A DNA stretch of 63,112 bases, filler included, from Dirinaria sp. TL-2023a (Eukaryota): the NCBI GenBank assembly GCA_051941275.1. It is 11 parts of 11 records of this genome, joined end to end, with 100 filler letters (N's around TTAATTAATTAA, not from the genome) between each part and the next. Parts side by side here need not be neighbours in the genome. Positions count along the whole stretch, not along the records: positions 11,553 to 17,222 come from JAVEBF010001613.1; positions 17,323 to 22,980 come from JAVEBF010001614.1; positions 23,081 to 28,736 come from JAVEBF010001615.1; 8 more parts are not named here. One strand, given 5' to 3'. Of the stretch, positions 13,091 through 26,778 are shown in pieces. The first letter of the stretch is position 1, and each line of letters begins with the position of its first letter. The position numbers and the translations under genes were made by a program. The notes beneath the pieces are model-generated. The model made no database searches. It had not been told where the DNA came from and was given only the letters and a program-made list of their open reading frames with translations.

Positions 13091-13555
13091 TGTGATTATG
13101 GAGGTCGATGAGGGGTGCAGAGGAAATGCATAATGGATGAAGAGTGATCAGAAATATGATGGAATAATGGAATGTGAGAAGAATGCAGAAAAGACTACAT
13201 ATGATGCATGCTTGAGACTACCTTACTGGCAAGTCGTCTTCAAGTGAAGAGAAAGATACATACAATATCAGACGACTCGACTTGAGATTCAATCGATGCT
13301 TCGGATCTTCAATTGCGGCAAGTTGGTCTTGGCGCGCTAACCCGCAACGTATCATCATCCTGTTCAGGCCTCAAGCCACTCTACCTTTCCAAGGTTCGAT
13401 ACGTACATGAAGTCAGTCATTCTCACACCAGTGAGACCAGGTTTTCACACTCTTTTATACTCATACGGTCTCGTGGGAGCATCGGTGCGGTAAGGGTACC
13501 ACCACGGTATCAGGTCGAGCCCTCCGTGGCAAGACTCGACAGACGAACCGCCATC

Positions 13556-16516
13556 ATGGGGGTCCCCAAAAACACGATTTTCCGCTCTGCGGAAATGTCC
13601 CTTACTCAATTGTATATTGCCAATGAAATCGGTCGAGAGGTTGTTAGTGTTCTTGGTGAGATTGGAGAAGTTCAATTTCGAGATGTAAGTATACCTCGAT
13701 TGGCAGCAGTTCAGGCAGCTGGGTAGTAGTTGCCAGGGAGCTATTTTCGACTTGTGTCTATTGGACACAGATACCCATGAGGAAATGAAACAGTGTCTGT
13801 TGAGAAAGGTATGCTAACACGCAACTAATAGCTGAACTCCGAGACAACGGCTTTCCAGAGAACGTTCACGCAGGAGATTAGAAGACTGGACAATGTCGAA
13901 AGACAACTACGTATGTATGATTTCTGTACGGTTGATCAAGATTTCTAATAAGGTACAGGCTATTTCCAGTCCCAGATCAATAAAGAATCTATACCTACAC
14001 GACCGCGGCATGAGTTCTCAAACATCCTCGCCGCTCCCTCTGCATCCGAAATAGACGAGCTGGCTGATCGAAGCGAGAACCTCGAGCAAAGAGTAGCATC
14101 GCTCTACGATAGTTACGAAACACTGAAGAAGCGAGAGGTGGAGCTTACAGAATGGAGATGGGTCTTGACCGAGGCAGGAGGCTTTTTCGACAGGGTAGGC
14201 ACCAACACGGTTTCCACAAAGATGTAACTCATACTGATAGGCATTCAAGGCGCATGGCGATGTCGATCAAATCCGGCAATCTACTGACGACGATGATGCC
14301 CCCCTCCTTCGAGACGTTGAACAGCAGCCCAGAGGGCAGAACGGAGATGCCTCAGGGCCACAGTCACTGTCCGTAATGAACATCGGCTTCGTTTCTGGCG
14401 TGATACCGCGATCCCGCATTGCTGCTTTCGAGCGGATCCTTTGGCGGACATTAAGAGGCAACCTCTACATGAACCAGTCGGAGATCCCCAAGCCTATCAT
14501 AGACCCTACGAATAACGAAGAGATTCACAAGAACGTGTTCGTCATTTTCGCCCACGGCAAGGAAGTCATTGCAAAGATCCGGAAGATCTCAGAATCATTA
14601 GGAGCCGACTTGTACAGTGTCGACGAGAATAGTGATCTAAGGAGAGAACAGATACACGAGGTCAATACTCGCTTGAGCGACCTTGCAAGCGTACTGCGCA
14701 ACACAAAACAGACACTGGACGCTGAGCTAACGCAGATTGCGCGAAGCTTAGCAGCGTGGATGGTCGTAGTCAAGAAGGAGAAGGCGGTATACCAGACACT
14801 CAATCGCTGCTCGTACGACCAAGCCCGGAAAACCCTTGTTGCAGAGGCCTGGTGTCCAACGAACGCGCTGCCTCTGATAAAGTCAACTCTGCAAGACGTC
14901 AATGATCGGGCAGGTATGTCAGTGCCCACCATTGTGAATCAGATTCGGACCTCGAAAACCCCTCCAACATACAACAAGAAGAACAAATTCACGGAAGCCT
15001 TTCAGACCATCGTTGATGCGTATGGCACGGCCAAATATACGGAAGTCAATCCGGGAATATACACGATCGTTACATTCCCGTTCCTCTTTGCTGTCATGTT
15101 CGGTGATTTTGGCCACGGAGCCATCATGACTATCGCAGCCTTTGCCATGATCTACTTTGAGAACCCGATGTCCAAATCAAAACTCAACGAGTTGGTTGAG
15201 ATGGCTTTCTATGGCCGCTACATCATGCTTCTGATGGGCATATTCTCCATATACACCGGTCTCATCTACAACGATGCCTTCTCCAAAGCATTGACTCTTT
15301 TTCCAAGTCAGTGGAACTGGCCACATGATTTCTCAGAAGGTCAAACTGTTGAGGCGACACTCAAGGACAACTACAGGTATCCTTTCGGACTGGACTGGAG
15401 CTGGCATGGAACAGACAACGAGCTACTGTTCTCCAATAGCTACAAGATGAAGCTTGCCATTTTGCTAGGCTGGGCCCACATGACATACTCACTCTGCTTC
15501 TCTTATATCAATGCCCGCCACTTCAAGTCCAAGATCGATATATGGGGCAATTTCGTCCCTGGGATGGTTTTCTTCCAGTCTATCTTCGGCTACCTGGTTT
15601 TTTGCATCCTCTATAAATGGTCTATCGACTGGTACAGCCCCAGCCGTCCTGACGACGCCCCAGGCCCGCCTTCACTTTTAAACTTGCTCATCTACATGTT
15701 CCTGCAGCCTGGCAATGTTGATCCGAAAGAGCAGCTTTACGCGGGTCAGCCGATATTGCAAATCATCCTGCTACTGATTGCTGTTGCTTGCGTCCCGGTT
15801 TTGTTGCTCCTGAAGCCGTTGTATCTTCGATGGGAACACAATCGTGCTCGAGCTCTGGGCTACCGCGGAATCGGTGAGACATCGCGATTTAGCGCACTCG
15901 ACGACACCGAGGAAGACGGGCAGTTGATGAACGGGGGCCGTGATAGCATGGGTTCGGACCATGAAGCTGCGGCGATGATTACTCAGGACATTGGAGACGA
16001 GGAACACGAGGAGTTTGAGTTCTCGGAAGCCATGATACATCAGACTATCCACACGATAGGTGCGCCGTTCCTGGGTGCTCGCTTGAAACACAAGTCATGC
16101 TGATCTTTCTTAGAATTCTGCCTTAACTGCGTCTCTCACACTGCCTCCTACCTACGACTTTGGGCCCTCTCATTAGCCCATCAACAGCTTTCAGTAGTAC
16201 TCTGGACCATGACTCTTGGCAACGCTTTCGGTTTCGATGGCGTGCTTGGTGTGATCATGGTGGTGATTTTCTTCTATATATGGTTTTTCCTGACCATTGC
16301 TATTTTGTGTGTAATGGAGGGCACGAGCGCGATGTTGCATAGCTTGAGATTACATTGGGTGGAGGCCATGAGCAAGCATTTCATGGGTGACGGGGTGAGT
16401 CTCTTTTTCTAGTTTTCAAATAGCGAGGGATCCGCTGCTAACAAAAACGATAGGTTCCATTCGAGCCGTTTTCGTTCAAATTATTATTGGAAGAGGCGGA
16501 CTCTGAGGAGGGCTAG
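13556..16516 (+). CDS. VPH1: V-type H+-ATPase V0 subunit a
   Basis: Motifs [54 protein letters not shown] and [10 protein letters not shown]. Several GT-AG introns. Stop TAG at 16514-16516. Confidence 0.95.
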
Positions 16517-17222
16517 AGGCTGCTCATGGATTATTTTTTCTCCTTGACTAGATTACAAAACCTAGCGCCAAGCTACTTGTACAGCAATCCACATATCTAT
16601 ACATCAAGTGACTTCTCAACGTTATTTTTTTCTTCGCAGCGCCTGGGATCTCATCCTGAATAAGCTCTGTCAAAGAAGTTAAATTGGCCGGTTCCTTGCC
16701 CTCTACTTGATTAATCGGTGTATAGGCGAAGCAATTTCAGGCCTAGACTTAATTTCAGATTCAGAGGTATGAGCATTCGACACACGACGTTTTTTCGCCG
16801 CAAGTGAAATATGTGTCGACGAAAGATCTTCCAGAAGAAACGCAGGGGGCTCTCAGAAAAATATCTTGGTTGGTGACAGTAGTGGAGAGCTGAGAATTCA
16901 TGTGAGTGGGCATTACATTCGTCATAAAATTCCCGGTTTTTTGGAGTCGACGTGCAAACAAAGCATGATCAGACAGAAATTTGGGGTATGCTTCGAATTA
17001 GATGGGGATTTGCTGACTGATATGATTGGTCAGAATGCTTTTTCATCGAATATATGACCTGTTTGGTCATGTAACTAAGGTAGTATGCTATTTTTCCCTT
17101 GGGTTTAGGATTTTTATCGAAGAGGAGAAATATTCTTGACGGAACCTCGAACTCATCTCATTTCAACTTCATCCAACCATTGCATCGCATCCCACCCTTC
17201 TCTCTTTCCCATTACTCACCTG

Positions 17223-17322
17223 NNNNNNNNNNNNNNNNNNNNNNNNNNNNNNNNNNNNNNNNNNNNTTAATTAATTAANNNNNNNNNNNNNNNNNNNNNN
17301 NNNNNNNNNNNNNNNNNNNNNN
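17223..17322. other. Artificial contig spacer
   Basis: N44-TTAATTAATTAA-N44. Confidence 0.98.
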
Positions 17323-19427
17323 TGCTTGAGCTGCCTCCTCGATTTCCGATTCGGTCCCTGATGCACAACTTTCCCATCCTGCACCACAATGGGGAAATCG
17401 GCCTTCCCTTCTCCCTCTCCGCCGCCTTCCTGTTGTCCAGCAGCAGCGGTGCTCGCGAGAAGACGCTCTTCCCACCCAGGACACGACAACCCCTTCTTTT
17501 CAAACTCTTCGTCCGAGACGATCCTCACGAGTTTGATTTTCCATTTCCCGACCCGCAGGATCAGGAGCCCGTCGTCGATGATGAACCGGTTGGTGTCCTC
17601 CGGGTTCCAGTTCTTGCAAGGGGTGAAATTCAGCGAGTCGTCCATTGGGTCACCTGAGGCGCGGCTGCCGATGTATGCGCCTTGCTGAGCGCAGAGCCGG
17701 TGTCCTTCCGAGCGCGAGGCGACGAGGCCGGCGGCGTAGAGGATCCTGGCTATTGGTTGGGAATAGACGAGGGAGCGCGGGAGAGTGATGTTTAGGGCTG
17801 GCGCGTTGTGGGAGGTTGTTATCGGAGCGTGCTTGTTGAGGAGATTGGACACGTCTGGTGGCCTTTTCGAGGAGGTAGCGGAAGAAGGGGCTGGATCGGA
17901 CGGTGTGGTGGACGTGGACGAAAGAGGCGTGTAGGATACGGTTCGCTTACTCCCGAACAGGCCAGCGTGCTGAGCGGCAGCTTCCTCTGCGTCCTCTGGG
18001 CTGTGTGCCACGGAGAGGACTTCGTGGGCGAGGCGGTGTTGAGGAATGCGTTTAGATGGCTCGGTTTTATGTTCGGTCATGAGAGTAGTTATCTCAGGCG
18101 TTGGTATGAAGGTTAAGAGTTTAAGGTAACGCTCGACGTCCGCGTCGGCCGTGCGTAGGAAGAACTTCGAAGATGTTAGAACTCGATTTGGACTTGAGGT
18201 TGGAGAGGCATACTTGGTAAAGGTCGAACGAACTCGTCGATTCTTTGTCCAGCCATATAGCATTACCAGCTGTCTTTCCAAATTTCGCGCCTGATGCTGT
18301 CGTCAAGAGAGGTACGGTGAACCCCATGGGACGGTTATGCACAATGGTTGTGTCTGTTTGTTTATCAGGGTCGTAATGATGCTTGTTAATATAAGTGATG
18401 GCGTCAATGCCGGCAACGATGTTTCCGAACTGATCAGACCCGCCAATCTGCACTTGTATGTTTTTCGTGTGGTACATGTGCCACCAGTCCCATGACTGGA
18501 GTACAGGATACATGAATTCCGAAAACGACATGCCTTCACCACCCTGCCCCATGCGCGACTTGACTCTGAATAAACAGGAATATTAGTATCGATCCATCTA
18601 GTGGCTGGGGATTTATGTGAAGGACTCACTCACGTATCTCGTCCTAACATGGTTCCAATTCTTAGGCCGGGCCCCAGCAATCGTAGCAGCTCTGCAACCG
18701 ACAACTTGTTGAGCCACATATTATTATTCACCAACTCCCTGCGCCATGCCCAGTCCCAGTTGTACCCGTACTTCCGGGTGTATATCTCTACCCCTTTCCA
18801 GAGTCTTTTTAACTGGAGGTGCATGCTGGTCATATTTACTTTCCTCGTAAGGGAGTCCTGCGCTTCTCGCTCGGAGGTCCTACCTGCCGGATCGCCCACC
18901 CTTGCTGTTCCGCCGCCCAGCTGTAAGAATTAGGACCAACGCCCAAGCCATGGATTCATAGCCGCATACCAGTGAAACGGCATGAAAGCCATGGATGTAC
19001 ATCCAGAACAGAACCATGAGCGGTACGAGATGTCCAACGTGCAGCGAGGGTGCCGTAGGGTCTATGCCGACATATGCCCCGATCCGTTTCTCGGTCATGA
19101 GCCTGTTAAGATCGCGTCGCCCACTGGAATCATATCAGCAAGGGAAGTAGATACTGCAGGGCGGCTTGCGAACCCGGCGATCTGACCCACGTAACCTCTG
19201 CTCGCCAGGAAATCGAGCATACTCTGTTTGTTGCCGGCTCTGATTTCTGAAGCTTGTTTGTCCCATGCCTCCTTTGCTTTTTTCTCCTTTTCCAAGTAGT
19301 TTCTTGATATCTGCCTTCGCGCGACTGTGCTTGGGGCAGGAGTGATCGTACGCCGTGGGCGCGCACACAAACGACATGTCCACGAGAAGCTTGTTGTGAG
19401 ACACGTACCACTCGCTGCGATTACCAT
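17323..19427 (-). CDS. MSY1: Mitochondrial tyrosyl-tRNA synthetase (CYT-18 type), 3' end cut by the contig end
   Basis: [13 protein letters not shown] (HIGH motif), [17 protein letters not shown] and [12 protein letters not shown] (KMSKS-like), plus an S4-like C-terminus ([20 protein letters not shown]). Presequence starts at ATG 19427. Confidence 0.93.
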
Positions 19428-19975
19428 CGCAGCGAAGCCTACGTACAGCACCGATCCAACTTCACCTGGTTGGTAATTTTAGTACAGAGGAGTCCGCCAA
19501 GGTACCTTAGTCCACCATAAGCGCGCTAGCCACAGAAACCAGAAGTATCAGCCTTACGATAGGGCTGATATGATATCCGTCTGTTTTATGCCAGGACTTC
19601 AATAATATACACGGACGGATTGGATTCATATCCTTTACGTATATCCATTTCTCTTCCATGCTATCGAAGTTTGACTGCCTCCATACGTATTTTATCTCCG
19701 ATCTTACCTTATGACGTTGTCCTCTGTACTGTACTTCTTCCTTAGCAGGTTCTGATCGGCTCCTCAGGCTTGGCGCCGTATCGGGAGATCGACATTGCAC
19801 CTCGTTAAGGTAAACGGTCGAGACGGTCTCGACTATGAAACGGCAACGCGAGTCAACCTCTCCACCTGCAGAGCACAAGTGGCAGAATAATAATAATATT
19901 ATTGATTCGGGCATTGGCAACGATCCTCGTCGCGATGCCCCCAAATTCCATCTGAATTTCGTGCGGCCGGCCCAA

Positions 19976-22810
19976 ATGCAACTTTTTGCCCGCGTCCTTT
20001 GCCATCCCCCGCTGGGTCAAGCTTTATCTGTACCTTCCGACCAGCTTGCGGTGGGTAGATTCCTCCTCTCCTTACTTTTCCAATTTCCCATTTCGATAGC
20101 TGAGGTTGTGTTTTTGGGGCTTCCATGCCTCTTTATGATTGAGCACTTCTACCATGCTAGCTTGCTGAAGCTAGTTAGATCCAATTCAATGTCGTGATCG
20201 AATCCAGCAAGTCCTTTCCTGACCAAGGCTGGGAAGCCGTGATTTGGCACAATGGTCATCAAGGAGGCAAATGGGCCGGTTTGACGCTTGAGAAAGTAGC
20301 TGAGCCAAGCGCTGCTCCCGTAGGTTGCTCTGCTCACTGATGGTAATCTCGTCTGCTCAAAACGCGATTTAGCTGGCTTTGGGTTCTGACGATCGACCGA
20401 ACGTCTACCGCTACTACTTTACTGGTCGCTTACCGACTCCAGCGGATGGAGATCCGATAGATTTCACTCTCAAATATCGCACAGTATCAAGCGATACCTG
20501 GAAATGGGTCAAAGATACTTCCTCAATTCAGGACGGAGTCCTCTACTTCCAGCCAAAAGAAATTCCGCCAGAGCTACACCACTATCTGAAGGGTGGTTTT
20601 TTATCCAACTTTAACATCAAGTCCCTTGTCAGCGAGGTTCCACATACCCAGCTCTGGCACCTCCAACAGAAACATGCACGCAACTCAGTAAATAACCTTG
20701 GTACCCCGAGCTCCTTTACTAGATGGTTTTCTTTAATCCGCCTTTGGGCTCCATGGCTAGCTCCGCGACATGGGCAGGACGAATACAATCACGCAGAAGA
20801 TGCTGTACTTTCAGCCTTCTTCCGTTTGGATGGTCTACATCTAGTAATATTACCAATCAGTGGCATCAAAGGTTTTCTCACCGTATTGAAGTCGGACAGC
20901 AACGGCAACATCATTCTCAATTGGACGAAAGATTTCATAGAATATGATTACAAAAGTCAAGTGCTTGTTGCGGTGGGGAGAACGTTTGAAGCAGCGCTCG
21001 CAGCAGCAGTGTATCAAGCACGGAGACTTGTCGCTGATAACCAATTGATGAAGAGTCAGGAGATTGTTGAGGTGGAACGTCTTCCAGAAATTGCACCACA
21101 GCCAACGTGGATGGAAAATTGGTATGACGGGCTGACTTACTGTACCTGGAACGCACTTGGCCAGAACTTGGATCAGCAAAGGATATTCGATGCGCTTGAC
21201 ATATTGAAAGCCAACAACATCAAGATCACAAATTTGATCATCGATGACAATTGGCAAAGCCTGGACAACGCGGGCGAATCTCATTCTAAGCGTGGTTGGA
21301 CGGAATTCGAAGCGAACAAGGAGGGTTTCCCAGAGGGCCTAAGGTATGCTGTAACAGAGATCCGGGATAACAATCCTGATATCCAGCACGTAGCTGTTTG
21401 GCACGCCCTCTTCGGATATTGGGGTGGCATCTCTCCTACTGGTGATATTGCGAAGAACTATAAGACGAAAACACTTCGCAAACAGCCTGCTGGCGGTTTT
21501 GCCGAAGATACAATTACAGTAGTGGACGCGGATGACGCTGCACGGTACTTCAATGACTTCTACCAATTTCTCCTCGAGTCCCGCATAGATAGTGTCAAAA
21601 CGGATGCGCAATTCTTCCTCGATCTTCTGGAGGACCCTAAGGATCGGTACCGTTTCATAACTGCTTACCAAGATGCCTGGACTATTGCCAGCCTTCGCTA
21701 TTTCTCCACTAAAGCCATCTCTTGTATGTCGCAGGTACCTCAAATCATCTTCCATACCCAACTGCCCGCCGATAAACCTCGACTCGTAGTCCGCAACTCA
21801 GACGACTACTTTCCAGATGTGCCAGCCTCACATCCTTGGCACATCTTCGCAAATGCTCATAATTCCCTTTTCACTTCGCACCTCAACGTAGTCCCTGATT
21901 GGGACATGTTTCAAACATCTCATCCGTACGCCTCTTTCCACGCCGCTGGTCGCTGCGTCTCTGGCGGCCCTATTACCATTACCGACAAACCTGGCGAGCA
22001 CGATATAAGTCTAATAAGCCAGATTACGGCGGAAACAATCCAAGGCAAGACCGTGACCCTGAGACCTGATGTCGTGGGCAAATCAGTTGATGTCTATAAC
22101 CCCTACGAGGCAGAGCGTCTACTCAAAATTGGGACCTTTGTTGGTGGTAAGGGAGGAATAAGCATCTTAGGCTGCTTCAATGTCTCGGAACGCGCGTTGT
22201 ACGAACTTGTGCATCTTAGCGACTTCAGAGGCATTGAAGAAGACGATGAATACGCAATCTACAGTTTTAAGTCCGGGAAACTATCGCCCTCTATGACGCT
22301 AGACTGCCAGTTTCCCATGGTTTTGCTGGAAATGGACTCAAACGGCTGGGAGATATTGACCGCTTACCCTCTACGAAGCTTTACCCTCAGAGGAAGTCAA
22401 GGTATAAAACACCAAGTAACGAAGATTGCAGTATTGGGTTTATTAGGAAAGATGACGGGCGCTGCTGCGCTTGTCGGATCGAGTATGGAGATCGAGGAGA
22501 CGGGCAGATTGAGGGTCAAAGCGACACTCAAAGCGCTTGGGGTGCTAGGTAAGTGGCAATACTCGATTGTTTCGTACTCGGGCAACGAAAGCTGATAGGC
22601 GTAGGGATCTACATCTCGTCCCTTCCATCTCTCTCAATCAAAGACCACTTCATCATCTTGATTTACAATCAAGCGATTCCCGTGCATACAGTCAGCCTTA
22701 GCAAGACCTCGACATCAGTCCTCGAAATTGATATCAAGAGAGCGTGGGATGAAATGGGTCTCGATAGCGCCTGGAACAACGAGCTCAGCGTTGACATCTT
22801 CATTAAATGA
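19976..22810 (+). CDS. Raffinose synthase/Sip1-family alpha-galactosidase (GH36)
   Basis: Exon 1 MQLFARVLCHPPLGQ, exon 2 IQFNVVIESS...WEAVIWHN. Core motifs YCTWNA, LIIDDNWQ, VWHALFGYWGG, VKTDAQ, RNSDDY, PDWDMFQT and HAAGRCVSGGPI. Confidence 0.9.
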
Positions 22811-22980
22811 AGTGGAGCTGCGAAAAAGGGCTTTGTTCTCAGTCGACAGAAATGAACTTCCTCGCCGTGCGAGAGCATGGTAAGGGAGTCAAATTATGCT
22901 CGTACAGCCAACGAGAGCTGTGCCTGCTTGTCAAAGCGAGATCCATTTAGACTAGGAATACCAAGAAATCCCAAGGCTCA

Positions 22981-23080
22981 NNNNNNNNNNNNNNNNNNNN
23001 NNNNNNNNNNNNNNNNNNNNNNNNTTAATTAATTAANNNNNNNNNNNNNNNNNNNNNNNNNNNNNNNNNNNNNNNNNNNN
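22981..23080. other. Artificial contig spacer
   Basis: N44-TTAATTAATTAA-N44. Confidence 0.98.
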
Positions 23081-23081
23081 C

Positions 23082-23531
23082 TTCCAGATCCCCGCTTCCC
23101 TAACCCCCTCCAGCCTCCTCCCTGATACAAAACTGCTGCGCGTCCTGCGCGAATCCCAGACCTGGATAACGCTGAAACGAATCCTCTTCGCTTTTCGCAC
23201 CTGGTCCCGCCGCACAATCTGGGGCGACAGGCTCTTCCTGCAATTCCACGGCCCGGCTACGATCCTGCTGCAAACGCGCGCTGCGAGGCTGAACGATGTC
23301 TTTTCCAATCGTGATGTTGACGAGGTGGCCGAGACCCCGCCTGGGAAATCCGGGGGGAGCACTGCTACTACTACTTTGTCACCTGAGACGGCGCAGTCCA
23401 AGGAGGATCCTTCTGCGGGAGAAAATAAGACCGCGCCGGTGCAGCGCACGAGAATGAGTACGGCGAATGTTAGGCCGGATGGGACTGTTGCTTTTGAATC
23501 CGTCAAAGAAGCGGATGCGTCAGCCAGATGA
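23082..23531 (+). CDS. AIM24: AIM24-family mitochondrial protein, 3' fragment
   Basis: Open frame from the contig start: RTWSRRTIWGDRLFLQFHGPATILLQTRAARLNDV...VRPDGTVAFE. This matches my recollection of the fungal Aim24 C-terminus. Confidence 0.75.
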   Translation, partial: FQIPASLTPSSLLPDTKLLRVLRESQTWITLKRILFAFRTWSRRTIWGDRLFLQFHGPATILLQTRAARLNDVFSNRDVDEVAETPPGKSGGSTATTTLSPETAQSKEDPSAGENKTAPVQRTRMSTANVRPDGTVAFESVKEADASAR

Positions 23532-24016
23532 ACTTCAATGAAAAACTGGGAGTTCAGATAGTTGTACAGAGAATGGCTTGCAGCGTGACTTTGCTGACGC
23601 CACTTCAGACCTGTTTATATGTATAAAGTGTAAATTAAAAAGTGCGCTTGTTGTTTTGACATGCAAGACTCCGCTTTACAGATATAAACCATGGTAATAA
23701 ACGATTGGTCATTTCCAGGAGTATTATTTTTTAAGTTTTGGATGGTGGTAGATCATGCGATATATGTGTACACGAGAATCGGTATATCCAGGGATTTTTC
23801 CCAACGCCGATTGGTGGATACTGCCAGCCTTTCCAGAAGGTCCACCACGCGCAGTCCATGTACAGTCCCTGGGGACACATATCCAACACCTTCAAGATGC
23901 TTCAAATCCTGTACAATGCGGCCAAAAATGCAAGCAATGATCCAAAATTCAACCCGCCGATCCATGCAATGCAGCATCACTCATATTACATCCGTATAAA
24001 ACAGCGAGTTTCCCCC

Positions 24017-25669
24017 CTAGACCTTCGCAACCAGCTTGAAGCCCACCAAGCTCGTCCTAGCGGCCACAAAGGTACAACTGCCACCGATCATCATCATGCC
24101 GGTGAAGATCTGCAGATGGCTGAAATCGCCGTGCTGCTGCGTGACTAGCTGGCCGCCGATCGGATTCCCCACCAACCCGGCAACGCTGATGACGGCGAAC
24201 ATGGAGCCCGTGCGCACTCCGATCTGCCGGATATCGGAGATCTGCGCGATGAGCGCCGGTGCAAGGCTGACGAAGGCGCCGGACGCGAAGCCATAGAAGG
24301 CTGCGAAGAGGATGATGGGGACGTTCCCTCTCGACGGCAGCCAGAGCGCGAGCACCAGCGCCGATGAGAGGAAGGAGGTGAATACCATGGTGTTGAACCT
24401 TCCTACGCGATCCGCAATCCAGCCCGGTAAGGTACGGCCGAATATAGAGACGGCGTTCAGGATTGCGAGCAAATACAATGATAACCTCGAGCTCATTCCG
24501 TTCGCTTGCGCATACAGGATAATGAAGTTGAAGGGCAAGAACATCCCGAAGAAGAAAAGGAAGGAGGCAAAGACGACAAGGAAGAACGGGAGTTCGCTCA
24601 GGGGTTGGATGAACTCTTGGATCGACCAGGGTTTTGGGGCGGGGGAAAGGCGAGACCTGACAGTGAGATTGGCGTAGATCGTCAGGGCGAGGATTAAAAA
24701 GGCGCAAACGCGCATCGCCCAACCGAACCCAACCTCATCGACAAGTCGGCTAACCATGATCGGGAAGATCACGCCGCCGAGAGAAGAGCCGGCGGCCATG
24801 ACGCCAAAGGCAAGTGCGCGGTTTTTCTGGAACCAGGTCCCTACGGACGACATGGCGGGATAGAAAATGCAGGAGGCGCCGATGGAAGAGCAGATTCCTA
24901 GGCATGATCAGTATGGAATCGAGTACTAACCCATCGGGGTGATGTGGGAGGAGGAGTGGCTTACCTTGCGAAAGGATGAATTGGTAGTACTTATGGCTAC
25001 AGTTCGTCAGAGCTTGGTTTATGCCCTCGTCCTCGGAGATCATACCTGATAGAGGCCATCATGAGCCCGAAGACATGCAAAAACGAGCCAAAGAGCAGGA
25101 GGTATCGCGGACCGTAGATATCGAAGACTTTGCCCCATATCGGGCCCTGCGCAACCAATCAATCCCGGATTTCTGCCGTGTAGGAGCAACGGGAGATCAT
25201 ACCCCGATGAACATCATGAACACCTCCAACGACGGTATCCACGACACTTCGCTGGACGAATACTCTTTCAACTGGTGGGTCTGATAGTATGTTTGGAATT
25301 CTCCTATGCCTGTTCGCCACCTACGTCAGTTGCACATGCTCGTATCGGACCAGCACGAGACGGACAATTGATCCATCCAAAGCTGCAGATTAAACAGCAG
25401 AAAGCCCCCGACACCACCAGCCAGGCCTTCAATCCGCCATCCGGGAAGTCGCCTGGACCCCCGCCAGAAGGTCTTGTACCCGTTTTCGCCTGCTCTTTCG
25501 CCTTCTCCAGGTCCAACTCGGCCGTCTCATCTGCAGTGTCTGCCATGATATTGGCTTCTGTCTTCGATAGGGCCGGACTTGACGTGCGCGGCGAGGGAGG
25601 GTCCCTGATTTCTGGCGTCCTTTGCTTTTCTTCGGCCATTGCATCTGATGAGCTGCTTGAACTGCCCAT
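24017..25669 (-). CDS. MFS monocarboxylate-porter family transporter (Mch-like)
   Basis: Motifs [42 protein letters not shown] and [16 protein letters not shown]. Four introns reconstruct in frame. Confidence 0.92.
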
Positions 25670-26619
25670 GGTGGCGCGGCTCAGTTGCGCCTGTTTTCGG
25701 TCGTCCAGAGCGAGCGTGAATTTATTTTCCCTTTATTAATATTTGTTCTGGCGATTTAGTGGGGGATAAAAGGAACGGATTTATACATAATCGTACATAC
25801 GGTTAGGCCGTGCTCGGGTTTTGCGAGTGAACCAGAATGCCGGGGCCCAAGGGGGGAGAAGGGCTCCAAGGGGTCATTATTGGAAGGGGTTTTAGTAATA
25901 TACGCGGATCAATGATCATGAAGAAGCGGTGGCAGAGGGTGGGCCCGAGAGTCTGGATTGCGGGAAGAGCCTTCTTCGCCTTCCCTTCCCGCCAATCACC
26001 CTTAGTGTATGCATATCCATCATCGTCATTCGGCATCACTCGGAACGCGTGCCTGCTTCTCTCAACCAAAGTCCATCGGATGCAGCCTTTCGTTGAGCGA
26101 ATTTGATATGCAGGATCGCAAACACGATATCAAATCAATGATTGAGAACTGTGAACAGTACGGACGCAGTACAGTACCGAAATCACAGTATCACCATCTC
26201 GGCAGTCGACATCTCTCCACAGTTGAACAGTTGATTTATGATCTTGATCTTCAACCTTCAAAACATCACGATCCCATAGTTTGTGGCTTTTCCTACCTCC
26301 CATTGTACTGGTATTCCACTCGTGACATAATGGGGGAATCAATGATCAGTGTCACCAGCTATCGAGATCTACCGTCTACAGATGGTCTTGGCAGGAGAGA
26401 AGAAAACCCGGAGATCCAAACGCCAAGTATTCTGGAAGCTTTTGCATGCACGAAGAATCTGTGGGGGGAGGGGATCCCACAGTTCCCACAGCGCCAGACC
26501 CATGGGACCAAAGTGCGGAACTCTCTCCGTTAAGCCCGAATGCCGAAATCGAGATCCCCATTTCTGATTTCACCCATTTCACCCTCACACGCGCTCTTCA
26601 AAATGCCAGGAACAATAAC

Positions 26620-26664
26620 GTAAGGTAAGATAAGGTAAGGTAAGGTAAAGTAAAGTATACCTTA
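26620..26664. repeat. (TAAGG)n-type pentamer tandem ending in an inverted TACCTTA
   Basis: GTAAGGTAAGATAAGGTAAGGTAAGGTAAAGTAAAGTATACCTTA. Confidence 0.8.
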
Positions 26665-26778
26665 CATGCATGCGCCTCGCTATGCTTGGAGGAATGCTAC
26701 CCACGTACGTACATATTGTAGGCGACCATGATTACCACCAACCATCACTGCTATCCTTAAGGTACTCCGTTAACGATC

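Noticed and set aside
25740..26600. Several 60-174 aa ORFs upstream of the MFS transporter
   Set aside because: They overlap on both strands and have no motifs, consistent with promoter sequence.
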